Positions 10,005-19,946 of a stretch of DNA of 64,000 nucleotides are shown in pieces. Source of the stretch: Candidatus Kapaibacterium sp. GTDB lineage: Bacteria; Bacteroidota; Ignavibacteria; OLB7. The notes under the pieces were generated by a model. That model had not been told where the DNA came from. It saw only the letters and a list, made by a program, of their open reading frames with translations, and did no database searches. Both the position numbers and the translations under genes were made by a program. Position 1 is the first letter of the stretch. Each line of letters opens with the position of its first letter. The stretch covers positions 2,151 through 66,150 of the forward strand of contig DATLHO010000153.1 in NCBI GenBank assembly GCA_035539855.1. The letters run 5' to 3'.

Positions 10005-11464
10005 GAGGCATGCGTCCGTTCGAGGGCCTCGAGTGCGGCGCGCGCCTTGCGCACCGACTCGAAGTACTCGTGCTCCGGAACCGAGTCGTAGACGATCCCC
10101 GCGCCCGCCTGGGCGTATGCCGTGCCGCCGGCGATGACGATCGTGCGGATCGCGATGTTGAGCTCGGCGTTGCCGTCGAACCCGAGCCAGCCGATCGAGC
10201 CGGTGTAGACACCGCGGCGGTGCGGCTCGAGCTCTTCGATGATCTCCATCGAGCGCACCTTCGGGGCGCCGGTGATCGTGCCGCCCGGAAAGCACGCGCG
10301 GATCGCGTCGATCGTGTCGCGTCCCTCGGCGAGCTCGCCGCGAATGTGCGAGACGATGTGGATCACGTGCGAGTACCGCTCGATCCCCATGAACTCCTCG
10401 ACCCGGACGCTGCCGAAGCGGCAGACGCGCCCCAGATCGTTGCGCTCGAGGTCGACGAGCATCAGGTGCTCGGCACGCTCCTTCTCGTTCTCGGAGAGCT
10501 TGCGCGCGTTGCGCTCGTCTTCCTCCTCGGTCGCTCCGCGCGGTCGCGTCCCCGCGATCGGCCGGGTCTCGACGACGCCGTCACGCACGCGGATGAGCAG
10601 CTCGGGTGAGGCGCTGACGATCGCGAGCCCCGAGAGCTCAAGCAGCGACATGTACGGCGCCGGGTTGATCGCGCGCAGCGTGCGGTAGAGCTCGAGCGGG
10701 TCGGCCGCAAACGGCACCGCGAAGCGCACCGAAAGGTTCACCTGGAAGATGTCGCCGGCACGAATGTACTCCCGTGCGCGCGCCACGATCCGATGGAAGT
10801 CCTCGGCGCTCAGGTTCTGTACGGGACTCGGATAGTCAGCGACGGCCCTCGATGGCTCGGCAGTGACTTCGGACCGAGAGTCCTCGCCGGCAAGGATCGC
10901 GTCGAGCTCGGCGAGACGATCGGTGGCGGCTCGCCAGGTATCGAGAGGATCATCGCCGACGCGCGGAACGGCGACGAGACCGAGCGTCCGGTCTTCGTGG
11001 TCAATCTCGCAGAACGTCTCGACGAGCAGAAACTGGCAGTCGGGAATGTCGGGATCGGCAAGCGTGCGCTCGGGGATGCGCTCGATGTGGCGCGCCATGT
11101 CGTAGGCGAGATACCCGATGTAGCCACCGGCGAACCCACCGAGCTGCTCGTTGCCGACGATCGATTCGGCCGCGAGCAGCGTGCGCAGCGCGTCGAACGG
11201 ATCGGTCTCGAGGCGTGACCCATCGGGCATCGTGACGGAGCGGCCCGACGCGACGAAGGGCTCCCCGACGGGGAGCCCAACGTAGGAATAGCGGCCGCTC
11301 TTTCCGCTCTCCAGTAGGAGTGCGCGCCCGTAGTGAGCCCGCAGCGCGGCATGAATCGAGAGCGGCGTGTGATCGCCCAGCGGCATCCGCAGGACGATGG
11401 GCGAGCGGGCGCCCGAGCGCGCCGATGCAGTGAATGTGCTCGAATCGGGAACGTAGGTGCGCAT
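10001..11464 (-). CDS. pabB: Aminodeoxychorismate synthase component I (PabB), chorismate-binding family.
   Basis: A chorismate-binding domain is present (…[10 protein letters not shown]…, PFDAL…, and a C-terminal GxGIVxDS-like region). Its stop overlaps the pabA start. Confidence 0.8.
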
Positions 11465-11496
11465 GTCGGTCGGGCTGCGTGCGGCCGACGGGGCGA

Positions 11497-12099
11497 TCAC
11501 GCGGAGATCACCCGCCGCGCCGGCACGACGATCGCGTAAAGCAGGTACAGGGGCACGATCACCGGAAACCCGGCGATCAGCACGATGCCGCCGAGCACAC
11601 GCAAAAGCGTCGCGTCGACGCCGAGCGTGTCGCCGAGGCCGCCGAAGACGCCGAGGATCTTCTTGTTGGTCTCCGAGCGATGCAGCCGTCCGACCGTCTC
11701 TCCGATCGACTCGGGGTCGTCCTGGGCACGATTGCGCCACAAGAACCACAGGCCGACACCGAGACCGACGGCGAACGCGACCGCGGTGAGCTCGCGACTC
11801 GCGTTGGCGAGGATGATCGCCCCGACGCCGATGAGCAGAGCGATTTTCACGAGCGTCCAGAACTTCGAACGGCGTGGCTCCGAGTCGTCGAGAAACCCGT
11901 CGATCCTGATGACGGGCTCGCGCGGAATCGCGATCCAGCAGAGCAGGTACACCGGCAGGCCGACACCGGCCAGCAGCAGCACGCCCCAGATGATGCGCGC
12001 GATGGCGATGTCCATGCCGAAGTAGTTGCCGAGTCCGGCGGCGACGCCACCAATCATGCGACCGGTGGACGGACGATACAGCCTGCGTGCGGAGTCCAT
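11497..12099 (-). CDS. PspC-domain membrane protein.
   Basis: Two PspC motifs (LYRPSTGRMIGGVAAGLGNYFG and LHRSETNKKILGVFGGLGDTLG), each followed by a transmembrane helix. Confidence 0.75.
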   Translation of the reverse strand: MDSARRLYRPSTGRMIGGVAAGLGNYFGMDIAIARIIWGVLLLAGVGLPVYLLCWIAIPREPVIRIDGFLDDSEPRRSKFWTLVKIALLIGVGAIILANASRELTAVAFAVGLGVGLWFLWRNRAQDDPESIGETVGRLHRSETNKKILGVFGGLGDTLGVDATLLRVLGGIVLIAGFPVIVPLYLLYAIVVPARRVISA

Positions 12100-12212
12100 C
12101 GTGAGCTTCCCTCGAGTGATTGATCCTCGCTCGCGGTGGTGGTCCGCGGGCCGGAGGTGTGTGGGTTGAAAGCCCGCTACGCCCCGGCCGTCGCCAAAGT
12201 TACGCTCGCGCG

Positions 12213-12833
12213 TTACGCAAGATCGCCCGGCTCCGAGCCCTCGCCCGCACCCGAGCCGTCACGGCTGAGAATGCGTTCCTCGGTGTAGATCGTATCGAGC
12301 CGGATGTCGAGCTCGTCGCTCGGAAGATGCGGGAACACCTGCACCTCGAACGCCGCGCCGATGGTCGGGCGCGGGAAGTGCGTCAGGAACTGGTCGTAAT
12401 ACCCTTTGCCATAGCCGACGCGGTTGCACTCCTCGTCGGCTGCGACCATCGGCACCAGCACGAGGTCGCAACGGTCCATGTCGAACGGCTCGGCATCGAT
12501 CGGCTCGGCGATGCCGAGGGCTCCGGTCGTGTACTGCGTCTCGGGCGTGATCCTATACTGCCGCGAGCCGCCGTCGCCGCTGACGCGCATCAGGCCGACA
12601 CCCTTGCCGAGCTCCCATGCGACGTCGATGAGCGGTCGCAGATCGACCTCGCTGCCGATCGGCAGATAGACGTGCACCGCGCGCGCATCGAGGAAGCGAT
12701 CATCCTGCATGATGCGCCGACAGATGTCGAGACTCGCCTCGGCGCGATTCTCCTCGGCCAGCGCGTCGCGCCGCTCGAGAGCCTCCCTGCGGATCTCGTT
12801 CTTGATGTTGAGCACCATACGGTTGTTCGCCAT
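12213..12833 (-). CDS. 5-formyltetrahydrofolate cyclo-ligase.
   Basis: Family signature GYGKGYYD and a conserved N-terminal IR(R/K)E motif. Confidence 0.8.
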   Translation of the reverse strand: MANNRMVLNIKNEIRREALERRDALAEENRAEASLDICRRIMQDDRFLDARAVHVYLPIGSEVDLRPLIDVAWELGKGVGLMRVSGDGGSRQYRITPETQYTTGALGIAEPIDAEPFDMDRCDLVLVPMVAADEECNRVGYGKGYYDQFLTHFPRPTIGAAFEVQVFPHLPSDELDIRLDTIYTEERILSRDGSGAGEGSEPGDLA

Positions 12834-12920
12834 GGAGAATCGCTCTCGTTAGTGGGCCCGGGCCTGCGCGTCGCACCCCGCCGGCGCGATCGCCGGTGTG
12901 GAGACTGAGGGTGCGGAATC

Positions 12921-13838
12921 TCAAAGGCGTCGTCGCGCAATCATCGACCGAGCTCCCTGCTCGACCGTGCCGGCGCTCCATCCGAGCGCGCGGAGCTTCG
13001 ACGAATCGATCGTGATGTCGCTGGCGCCCCCCTGGTATCCGGGCAGCTCGGCGGCACGCATCGGTTGAATCAACGACGGATCGACACCGAGCACCGCGGC
13101 GAGACGCGCTGCGAACTGTGCGCGACTCATGCGCTCGGGTCCTCCACAGACGTAGAGCTCGCCCCAGGCCTCGTGGCGCATGGCCACGGTTTCGATGGCG
13201 CTCAGGAGATCGTCGACGAACAGGAACGAACGGAACTGGTCGACAAAGAGCGGCGCGCGCTCGTTGCCCTCCCACTTCCGCTCGAGGAACATGCTGAAGC
13301 TGTTGCCGCGCGGTGGGCCGTCGCCAAACATAAGCGTTGGGCGCAGAACAATCGACCGCGCATTCGTGCCGGCGATGGCCTGCTCTGATTCGAGCTTCGA
13401 GCGCGCGTAGCCTCCGGCTCCCGACGGATCCGGCGTCGTGCGCTCGTCGACGACGCCCGCGTCGGCGGCATAGACGAGATCGGTCGACAGGTGGACGAGC
13501 CCGGCGTCATGACGCGCGGCGGCCTCGGCCAGGCGTGCGGTCGCCTCGACGTTGACCTGGTGGACTTCGGTGGGATCGTGGGCCGACTGCGGCCGGGTGA
13601 TCGCGGCGGTGTGAAGAATCAAAGCGGGCTGGAACCGTGCCACTACCCTGTCGATCGATTGACGGTCGGTCAGATCGAGCTCGACGGCAGTGTGGCCGTC
13701 GAAGGTTTGCAAGTAGTGAGAAAGGGAACGATATGACGCGACGACGTCGACACCACGATCGACGAAATAGCGCACCGCATTCCAGCCCACGAATCCTGAT
13801 CCACCGGTGATGAGCATTCTCATATCGGCGGTCTCCAT
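12921..13838 (-). CDS. NAD(P)-dependent epimerase/dehydratase (extended SDR; dTDP-4-dehydrorhamnose reductase-like).
   Basis: A Rossmann GGSGFVG motif and a YxxxK-like catalytic region (GGYARSK). Confidence 0.7.
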   Translation of the reverse strand: METADMRMLITGGSGFVGWNAVRYFVDRGVDVVASYRSLSHYLQTFDGHTAVELDLTDRQSIDRVVARFQPALILHTAAITRPQSAHDPTEVHQVNVEATARLAEAAARHDAGLVHLSTDLVYAADAGVVDERTTPDPSGAGGYARSKLESEQAIAGTNARSIVLRPTLMFGDGPPRGNSFSMFLERKWEGNERAPLFVDQFRSFLFVDDLLSAIETVAMRHEAWGELYVCGGPERMSRAQFAARLAAVLGVDPSLIQPMRAAELPGYQGGASDITIDSSKLRALGWSAGTVEQGARSMIARRRL

Positions 13839-13871
13839 GATCGACGCATTCGGTCTCGAGGTATTGCCCGG

Positions 13872-15245
13872 CTACGAGCCGCTGCGCGCGTACTCGTCGA
13901 GGAACAGCGCCGCCGACTTGATGCCCCGGTGGTAGTTCTTCAGGTTCATCTTCTCGTCGGGCGCATGGGCGTTCTGATCGGGCAGTCCGAAGCCCATCAG
14001 CACCACCGGCGCGCGCAGGTGTTCCTCGAAGTCGGCGACGACGGGAATCGAGCCGCCGCTGCGAATCAGGAACGGCCGCGTGCCGAACGCGCGCTCGAGC
14101 GCCGTCAGCGCCGCGCGCATCGGCGCGGAGTCGACCGGCGTCATCGCCGGCTTGCCGCCGTGCAACCAGACGACCTCGACGCGCGCGCCCTCGGGCTTGT
14201 TCGCTTCGATGAACGCCGAGAACAGCTCGTTGACCTTCTCGAAGTCCTGGTTCGGAACGAGGCGCATCGAGATCTTCGCGCCGGCCTTCGACGGCAGCAC
14301 CGTCTTGGCGCCGTCGCCCTGGTAGCCGCCCCAGATGCCGCAGACGTCGAGTGTCGGCCGCGCCCACAGGCGCTCCAGATCGGTGTAGCCTTCCTCGCCG
14401 ACCGTGCCGGGAATGTCGAGCATCGACTTGATGCTCTCGACATCGTACGGCAGCCGCGCGAGCTCCGCCCGCTCCTCGGCCGAGACGTCGATGACCTCGT
14501 CGTAGAAGCCGGGGATCGTGATGTGCCCGCGCTCGTCCTTCATCTTCGCGATCAGATCACAGAGAATGTTGATCGGATTGGCAACCGCCCCCCCGAACAT
14601 GCCGCTGTGAAGGTCTCCCTTGGCGCCGGTGACGTGCAGCTCGAAGTACGCAAGACCCCGCAGTCCGTACGTCAGCGACGGCATCTCGTAATCGTACATC
14701 GTCGTGTCCGAGACCATCACGGCGTCGCAGGCGAGCAGCTCCTTGTGCGCGGCGATGAACGGCTCGAGGTTCGGCGAGCCGACCTCCTCCTCGCCCTCGA
14801 TGATCACCTTCACGTTGACCGGGAAACCTCCGGTCGTGCGCATGATCGCCTCGAGGCTCTTGAAGTGCATGTGCACCTGCCCCTTGTCGTCGACCGATCC
14901 GCGCGCGTAGATCTCGTCGCCACGGACGACCGGCTCGAACGGCGGACTCGACCAGAGGTTCAGCGGATCGACCGGCTGCACGTCGTAGTGGCCGTAGATC
15001 AGCACCGTGGGAAGTCCCGGCGCATGCAGCCAGTCGGCGTAGACGATCGGGTGACCGGGCGTGTCGTAGATCTCGACGTTCTCGAGCCCGACGCGCCGCG
15101 CCTCGTCGGCGACGTACTCGGCCGCGCGGCGCACGTCGGCGCTGAACGCCGGGTCGGCGGAGATCGATGGGATCCTCAGGAAGTCCTTGAGCTCGTCGAC
15201 GAATCGCTCGGCGTTGTCGTCGATGTACTTGATCGTCTCGTTCAT
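13872..15245 (-). CDS. M20 family dipeptidase/metallopeptidase.
   Basis: M20 metal-binding motifs are present (HYDVQP, GSVDDKG, EGEEEVGS). Confidence 0.8.
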   Translation of the reverse strand: MNETIKYIDDNAERFVDELKDFLRIPSISADPAFSADVRRAAEYVADEARRVGLENVEIYDTPGHPIVYADWLHAPGLPTVLIYGHYDVQPVDPLNLWSSPPFEPVVRGDEIYARGSVDDKGQVHMHFKSLEAIMRTTGGFPVNVKVIIEGEEEVGSPNLEPFIAAHKELLACDAVMVSDTTMYDYEMPSLTYGLRGLAYFELHVTGAKGDLHSGMFGGAVANPINILCDLIAKMKDERGHITIPGFYDEVIDVSAEERAELARLPYDVESIKSMLDIPGTVGEEGYTDLERLWARPTLDVCGIWGGYQGDGAKTVLPSKAGAKISMRLVPNQDFEKVNELFSAFIEANKPEGARVEVVWLHGGKPAMTPVDSAPMRAALTALERAFGTRPFLIRSGGSIPVVADFEEHLRAPVVLMGFGLPDQNAHAPDEKMNLKNYHRGIKSAALFLDEYARSGS

Positions 15246-15276
15246 GTCGATGTGGATCGATGCGTGAATGCCGCCG

Positions 15277-16617
15277 CTACGACGTCGAGTGCGTCGACTC
15301 GCGCAGCCTGTTCTTCTGCTTGAACACGAGTGTCAACGGCGTTCCAACGAAGCCGTAGTGCTCGCGGAGGACGCGCTCGAGGTAGCGCGAATAGTTTTCC
15401 GGCACATCCTCGGGGTAGTTCGAGTAGCACAGGAAGACCGGCGGGGCAACCTGCGGCTGCTGGATGTAGTTGATGCGAAGGTCGCGACCGCGCACCGCGG
15501 GCGGCGGATGGTTCTTGATCGCCTCGAGGATCACGTCGTTGAGCTGACTGGTCGAGATGCGCTTGTGGCGCTCGTCGTTGACCTCCTTTGCCATCTCGAT
15601 CACCTTCGAGATGCGCTGCTTCGTCACCGCCGAAATGAACATCAGCGGAATGTAGTCGAGCGTCGGCAGCGCGTCGTGGATCTTCTCCTCGAATCGCTTC
15701 GAGGTCATCGTGTCCTTCTCGACGAGATCCCACTTGTTGACCGCGATGATGATCCCCTTCTTCGCCTGCACCGCCTCCTGGATCACGTGCGTGTCCTGGC
15801 GCTCGAGTCCGACGGTCGCGTCGATGACCACGATCGCGATGTCGCAGCGCTCGATCGCTCGCGTCGTGCGGATGATCGAGAACAGCTCGATCGACTCCTG
15901 CACGCGCTTGCGCTTGCGAAGTCCGGCGGTGTCGATCAGGATGATGTCCTCGCCGTAGTAGCGCAGGGTGCTGTCGAGCGCGTCGCGGGTCGTGCCGGCG
16001 ATGGGCGTGACGATCGCGCGCTCCTGCCCGAGCAGCGCGTTGGTGATCGAGCTCTTGCCGACGTTCGGCCGGCCGATCAGCGCGATCTTCAACGGTCCCT
16101 CCTCCTCGTCCTGCTCGGGAGCCTTCGGGAAGCTCTCGGTGATCAGGTCGAGTAGATCGCCGATCCGGCGCCCGTTCATCGCCGAGATCGGATGCGGCTC
16201 GCCGAGGCCGAGCTCGTAGAAGTTCGCGGCCTCCTGGTCGATCCGATCGTTGTCGGCCTTGTTGGCGACGAGCAGGACCTTCTTGCCGGCGCGCCGCAGC
16301 AGCTCGCCGACCTCGATGTCGGTCGAGGTCAGACCTTGCGCGGCGTCGACGACGAAGACGATGACGTCGGACTCCTCGACGGCGATCTGCACCTGCTCGC
16401 GGATGGCCGTCTCGAAGACGTCCGCGCTGGCCGGGACGAACCCGCCGGTGTCGACGACGGCGAAGCGCTTGCCCGCCCAGTCCACCTCGCCGTAATGGCG
16501 GTCGCGGGTCACGCCGGGAATGTTCTCGACGATCGCATCACGGCGGCCGATCAGGCGGTTGAAAAAGGTGGACTTGCCGACGTTCGGGCGTCCGACGATG
16601 GCGACGATGTTCTTCAT
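15277..16617 (-). CDS. der: Ribosome-associated GTPase Der (EngA).
   Basis: Tandem G-domains (GRPNVGKST twice, DTGG/DTAG, NKxD) and a C-terminal KH-like domain. Confidence 0.9.
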   Translation of the reverse strand: MKNIVAIVGRPNVGKSTFFNRLIGRRDAIVENIPGVTRDRHYGEVDWAGKRFAVVDTGGFVPASADVFETAIREQVQIAVEESDVIVFVVDAAQGLTSTDIEVGELLRRAGKKVLLVANKADNDRIDQEAANFYELGLGEPHPISAMNGRRIGDLLDLITESFPKAPEQDEEEGPLKIALIGRPNVGKSSITNALLGQERAIVTPIAGTTRDALDSTLRYYGEDIILIDTAGLRKRKRVQESIELFSIIRTTRAIERCDIAIVVIDATVGLERQDTHVIQEAVQAKKGIIIAVNKWDLVEKDTMTSKRFEEKIHDALPTLDYIPLMFISAVTKQRISKVIEMAKEVNDERHKRISTSQLNDVILEAIKNHPPPAVRGRDLRINYIQQPQVAPPVFLCYSNYPEDVPENYSRYLERVLREHYGFVGTPLTLVFKQKNRLRESTHSTS

Positions 16618-17117
16618 TCGACGAGGCTCCTTCTGGCGTCCGCCAGCTTTCGAAATGTCTCCTGCATGTGCTCGGAGATGTGGCGGGTCTCGTCGAGCAC
16701 AGGCATGAAGTTGGTGTCGCCGTTCCAGCGCGGCACGATGTGCATGTGCACGTGGTTGACGATGCCGGCGCCGGCCTCACGGCCGAGGTTCATCCCGACG
16801 TTGAACGCGTGCGGCGACATCGCGCGCCGCAGCACGTCGATGCCCAGCCGCACGAGGTCGATCATCTCGTGGCGCTCCTCGTCGGAGAGCTCGAGAAAAT
16901 CCGCGACCTGCCGCACCGGGACGATGAGCAGGTGGCCTGCGTTGTAGGGATAGCGATTGAGGATGATGAAGGCGCGCTCGCCGCGGTGCAGCAGGTAGTT
17001 CTCCTCGTCGCGCCCCGGCTCGTTGAATGCCCGTGTGAACGGACTCTCGGCACCATCCCCTTCGCGTCCCGCGCTCTGGATGAACTCAGAGCGCCAGGGT
17101 GACCACAGTCGTTCCAT
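16614..17117 (-). CDS. HIT family hydrolase (histidine-triad).
   Basis: An HxHxHxx triad (HVHMHIV) and the LWSPWR N-terminal motif. The start was set at the internal Met; the stop overlaps the der start (ATGA). Confidence 0.7.
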   Translation of the reverse strand: MERLWSPWRSEFIQSAGREGDGAESPFTRAFNEPGRDEENYLLHRGERAFIILNRYPYNAGHLLIVPVRQVADFLELSDEERHEMIDLVRLGIDVLRRAMSPHAFNVGMNLGREAGAGIVNHVHMHIVPRWNGDTNFMPVLDETRHISEHMQETFRKLADARRSLVE

Positions 17118-17278
17118 CCGGCAAAGGTACGAAAGCAGCCATTGCAGAGTGTTGCGAGCGGCGGCCACTGGCGCCGGAGGCTTCGCACGGGCGCGCGAAA
17201 TCCGTACCTTCTGCGATTCAGGACCATTCCACGAGTGCGCCAGGCCCCCTTGGGTCACCGTCCACCGATAGAAGAAGC

Positions 17279-18625
17279 ATGAACCTCGCAGAACTGAACT
17301 TCCCGAAGCTCGTCCTTCCGGAGATCGAGAACTTCCACCGCCTCGACGTCTATCGGGCCAACGGCGGCTACGAGATGTACCGCAAGGCCCTCACGATGCA
17401 GCCGGCCGAAGTCATCGAGGAGATCAAGCGCTCCGGCCTTCGCGGCCGCGGCGGCGCCTGCTTTCCGACCGGACTGAAGTGGAGCTTCATGCCCAAGGGC
17501 ACCGACAAGCCGAAGTACCTCGCGGTCAACGGCGACGAGTCGGAGCCGGGCTCGTTCAAGGATCGGGTGATCCTCGAGAAGAATCCCCACCAGCTCATCG
17601 AGGGCGTGCTCATCGCCGGCTACGCGATGGGGCTGGAGAAGGCCTTCATCTACATCCGCGGCGAGTACCACAAGTGGGTGCGCCTGATGCAGGAGGCGGT
17701 CGACGAGGCGTACGCGGCCGGGCTCATCGGCGCGCGCATGCCCGAGACGCTCGGCGGCACGTACTCGATCGAGATCGTCGTGCACAAGGGCGCCGGCGCG
17801 TACATCTGCGGCGAGGAGTCGTCGCTGATGAACTCGATCGAGGGCGACCGGCCGTATCCTCGGGTCAAGCCGCCGTTTCCGGCGCAGGTCGGACTCTACG
17901 GCATGCCGACGACGATCAACAACGTCGAGACGATCGCCAACGTGCCGGCGATCCTCCGCATCGGCGCCGAGGCCTACGCGAAGATCGGCGCCGAGAAGCA
18001 TCCCGGCACCGCGCTCTTCGGCATCTCGGGTCACGTCAACAAGCCCGGTGTCTACGAGCTTCCGACCGGTCTGCCGCTGAGCGACATCCTCGAGCAGATC
18101 GCCGGCGGCGTGCCCGGCGGCAAGCAGATCAAAGCGGTGATCCCTGGCGGCAGCTCGATGCCGATCCTGCGCGGCGACCAGCTCGAGGGTGTCCTGATGG
18201 ACGCCGAGAGCCTCAAGGCCGCGGGCTCTGCGATCGGCACCGGCGGCATCATCGTCATGGACGAGGACACCGATATCCCGCACATGCTCAAGCGGCTGAT
18301 CCACTTCTATCACCACGAGTCGTGCGGACAGTGCACGCCGTGCCGTGAAGGCTGCGGATGGCTCGAGAAGGTGCTCGCGCGCGTCGAGACGGGCGACGCG
18401 ACATCCGACGATCTCGACCTGCTCATCGACATCGCCAACAACATCGAGGGCAACACCGTCTGCGCGCTCGGCGACGCGGCGGCCTGGCCCACCCGCTTCA
18501 CGATCACGCGCTTCCGCGATGAGTTCGAGGCGCGCGTCAAGCCCGCGATCGAGCTGCCGGTGATGAACGTCGTTCACGCGCTGCGCGAGACGGCGGCCAA
18601 CGGCGCGGCGACGCGCGGCACCTGA
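17279..18625 (+). CDS. nuoF: NADH-quinone oxidoreductase subunit F (NuoF / 51-kDa subunit-like), solitary.
   Basis: NADH-binding GRGGAxF, the FMN site, and a C-terminal 4Fe-4S Cys cluster (ESCGQCTPCREG…C). No nuoE or nuoG is adjacent. Confidence 0.85.
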   Translation: MNLAELNFPKLVLPEIENFHRLDVYRANGGYEMYRKALTMQPAEVIEEIKRSGLRGRGGACFPTGLKWSFMPKGTDKPKYLAVNGDESEPGSFKDRVILEKNPHQLIEGVLIAGYAMGLEKAFIYIRGEYHKWVRLMQEAVDEAYAAGLIGARMPETLGGTYSIEIVVHKGAGAYICGEESSLMNSIEGDRPYPRVKPPFPAQVGLYGMPTTINNVETIANVPAILRIGAEAYAKIGAEKHPGTALFGISGHVNKPGVYELPTGLPLSDILEQIAGGVPGGKQIKAVIPGGSSMPILRGDQLEGVLMDAESLKAAGSAIGTGGIIVMDEDTDIPHMLKRLIHFYHHESCGQCTPCREGCGWLEKVLARVETGDATSDDLDLLIDIANNIEGNTVCALGDAAAWPTRFTITRFRDEFEARVKPAIELPVMNVVHALRETAANGAATRGT

Positions 18626-18659
18626 CGCCAGGCGCAGACGCACGGCCAGATGAAATGAC

Positions 18660-18689
18660 GAAGGCCCGGTCGCACGCGACCGGGCCTTC
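18660..18689. terminator. Hairpin between the convergent nuoF (+) and Yip1 (-) genes.
   Basis: A perfect 13-bp stem (gaaggcccggtcg / cgaccgggccttc) with a 4-nt loop lies in the convergent intergenic gap. The U-tract is weak. Confidence 0.4.
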
Positions 18690-18715
18690 GTCGTACTCGG
18701 AGCTCGAGGCCGGGC

Positions 18716-19510
18716 TCAGGAGCCGAACGACATCGAGCCGAAGATCGACCCGATGCCGGTGATGATCAGACCGCCGATGATCCAGACCGCGGCGACCGCG
18801 ATGATCGACTTCGTCCGCTCTGCGCGCGAGAGCACTGCGACGCCGGTGCCGAGCGCGAACCAGAACCAGATCGTGAACGGGTTGATCAGGTTTAGGAAGA
18901 ACTTGACCCACTCGTTGTCCGGCGCTCCGAAAAGCACGGGCGAGAGCCGGAACTCCATGTTGCCGGTGAGCATCATCCCGACGACCGTGATGATGCTCTC
19001 GACGTTCGTGATCATGAACGCGATCAGCGTCGCGGCCAGCGCTGCGGCGTAGCCGGTTCCCGCTTCGCCGTCGCGACCGAGCACCTTGATCAGGATGAAC
19101 ACGATCAGCCCGATCAGCAGCGCGAAGAGCGTCGAGCCGATCGACGCGCCGACCAGGCCCCAGATCATGAACATCGTCCCGCTCATCATCGTGTCCATCA
19201 TCTCGACCTGCTGCTCGTACTGCTCTTCGCTGATCTTGCCCTCGTCGCGCATCTTGTCGAACTGCTCGATCTGCTTGTCCTTGGCGGTCTCGCGCATCTC
19301 GTCGTTGGTCGAGAAGATCACGGCCGCGAACATGCTCGCGACGACCATGATCAGCAGACCCCAGAGAATGATCGGGCCACGCTTCGCCTGCGCGAGACCG
19401 GCAAAGGCGTCGGCAGGGGCGGTGAAGACCTCGGCGAATCGGTCGAACGGTGATTTCTCGTCCTCCGGCTCGAGGTCGACCGACGGCGAGACGTACTCCT
19501 GGGTGTCCAT
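18716..19510 (-). CDS. Yip1-domain integral membrane protein.
   Basis: An acidic N-terminal region is followed by 5-6 transmembrane helices in the Yip1/DUF1282 arrangement. Confidence 0.6.
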   Translation of the reverse strand: MDTQEYVSPSVDLEPEDEKSPFDRFAEVFTAPADAFAGLAQAKRGPIILWGLLIMVVASMFAAVIFSTNDEMRETAKDKQIEQFDKMRDEGKISEEQYEQQVEMMDTMMSGTMFMIWGLVGASIGSTLFALLIGLIVFILIKVLGRDGEAGTGYAAALAATLIAFMITNVESIITVVGMMLTGNMEFRLSPVLFGAPDNEWVKFFLNLINPFTIWFWFALGTGVAVLSRAERTKSIIAVAAVWIIGGLIITGIGSIFGSMSFGS

Positions 19511-19946
19511 AAAGTAAAGCTGTAAGTGAGGAAGGCCCCTGAACGGGGCAAAGGTACGATTCGGGGTCCGATGAACATCATGGACGATGCATCGGTCACG
19601 AGCACTACGGCGAGCCGTCGCGCCCTACGGCAACACTCTGTAAAGGTTACCCGCCGCGGGGTTCAAGGGCCTCTTGATGAACAAAAATTTAGGCATTTTC
19701 GGCCGTTTTTCGAGGACCCGAGCCTTGCATGCGGCCCCGTACGGACGTAAGTTTTCGCCCTCCGAATCGGTGAGCCAGTGCCGCCGCCGTTGAGTTCGGT
19801 CCTGTCCACGGGGCCCTGTCCAGAGGTCCTGATCACAGATGCTGTCGTGCCCCCCCGCGCACGTTCCGTGCGCCAGCAGTGTCGAGAGCTCCGCTCTCCT
19901 TCCCCTCGAGAAATAAACCGCAGTCTTCCATAGAAGGAATTCCCAG

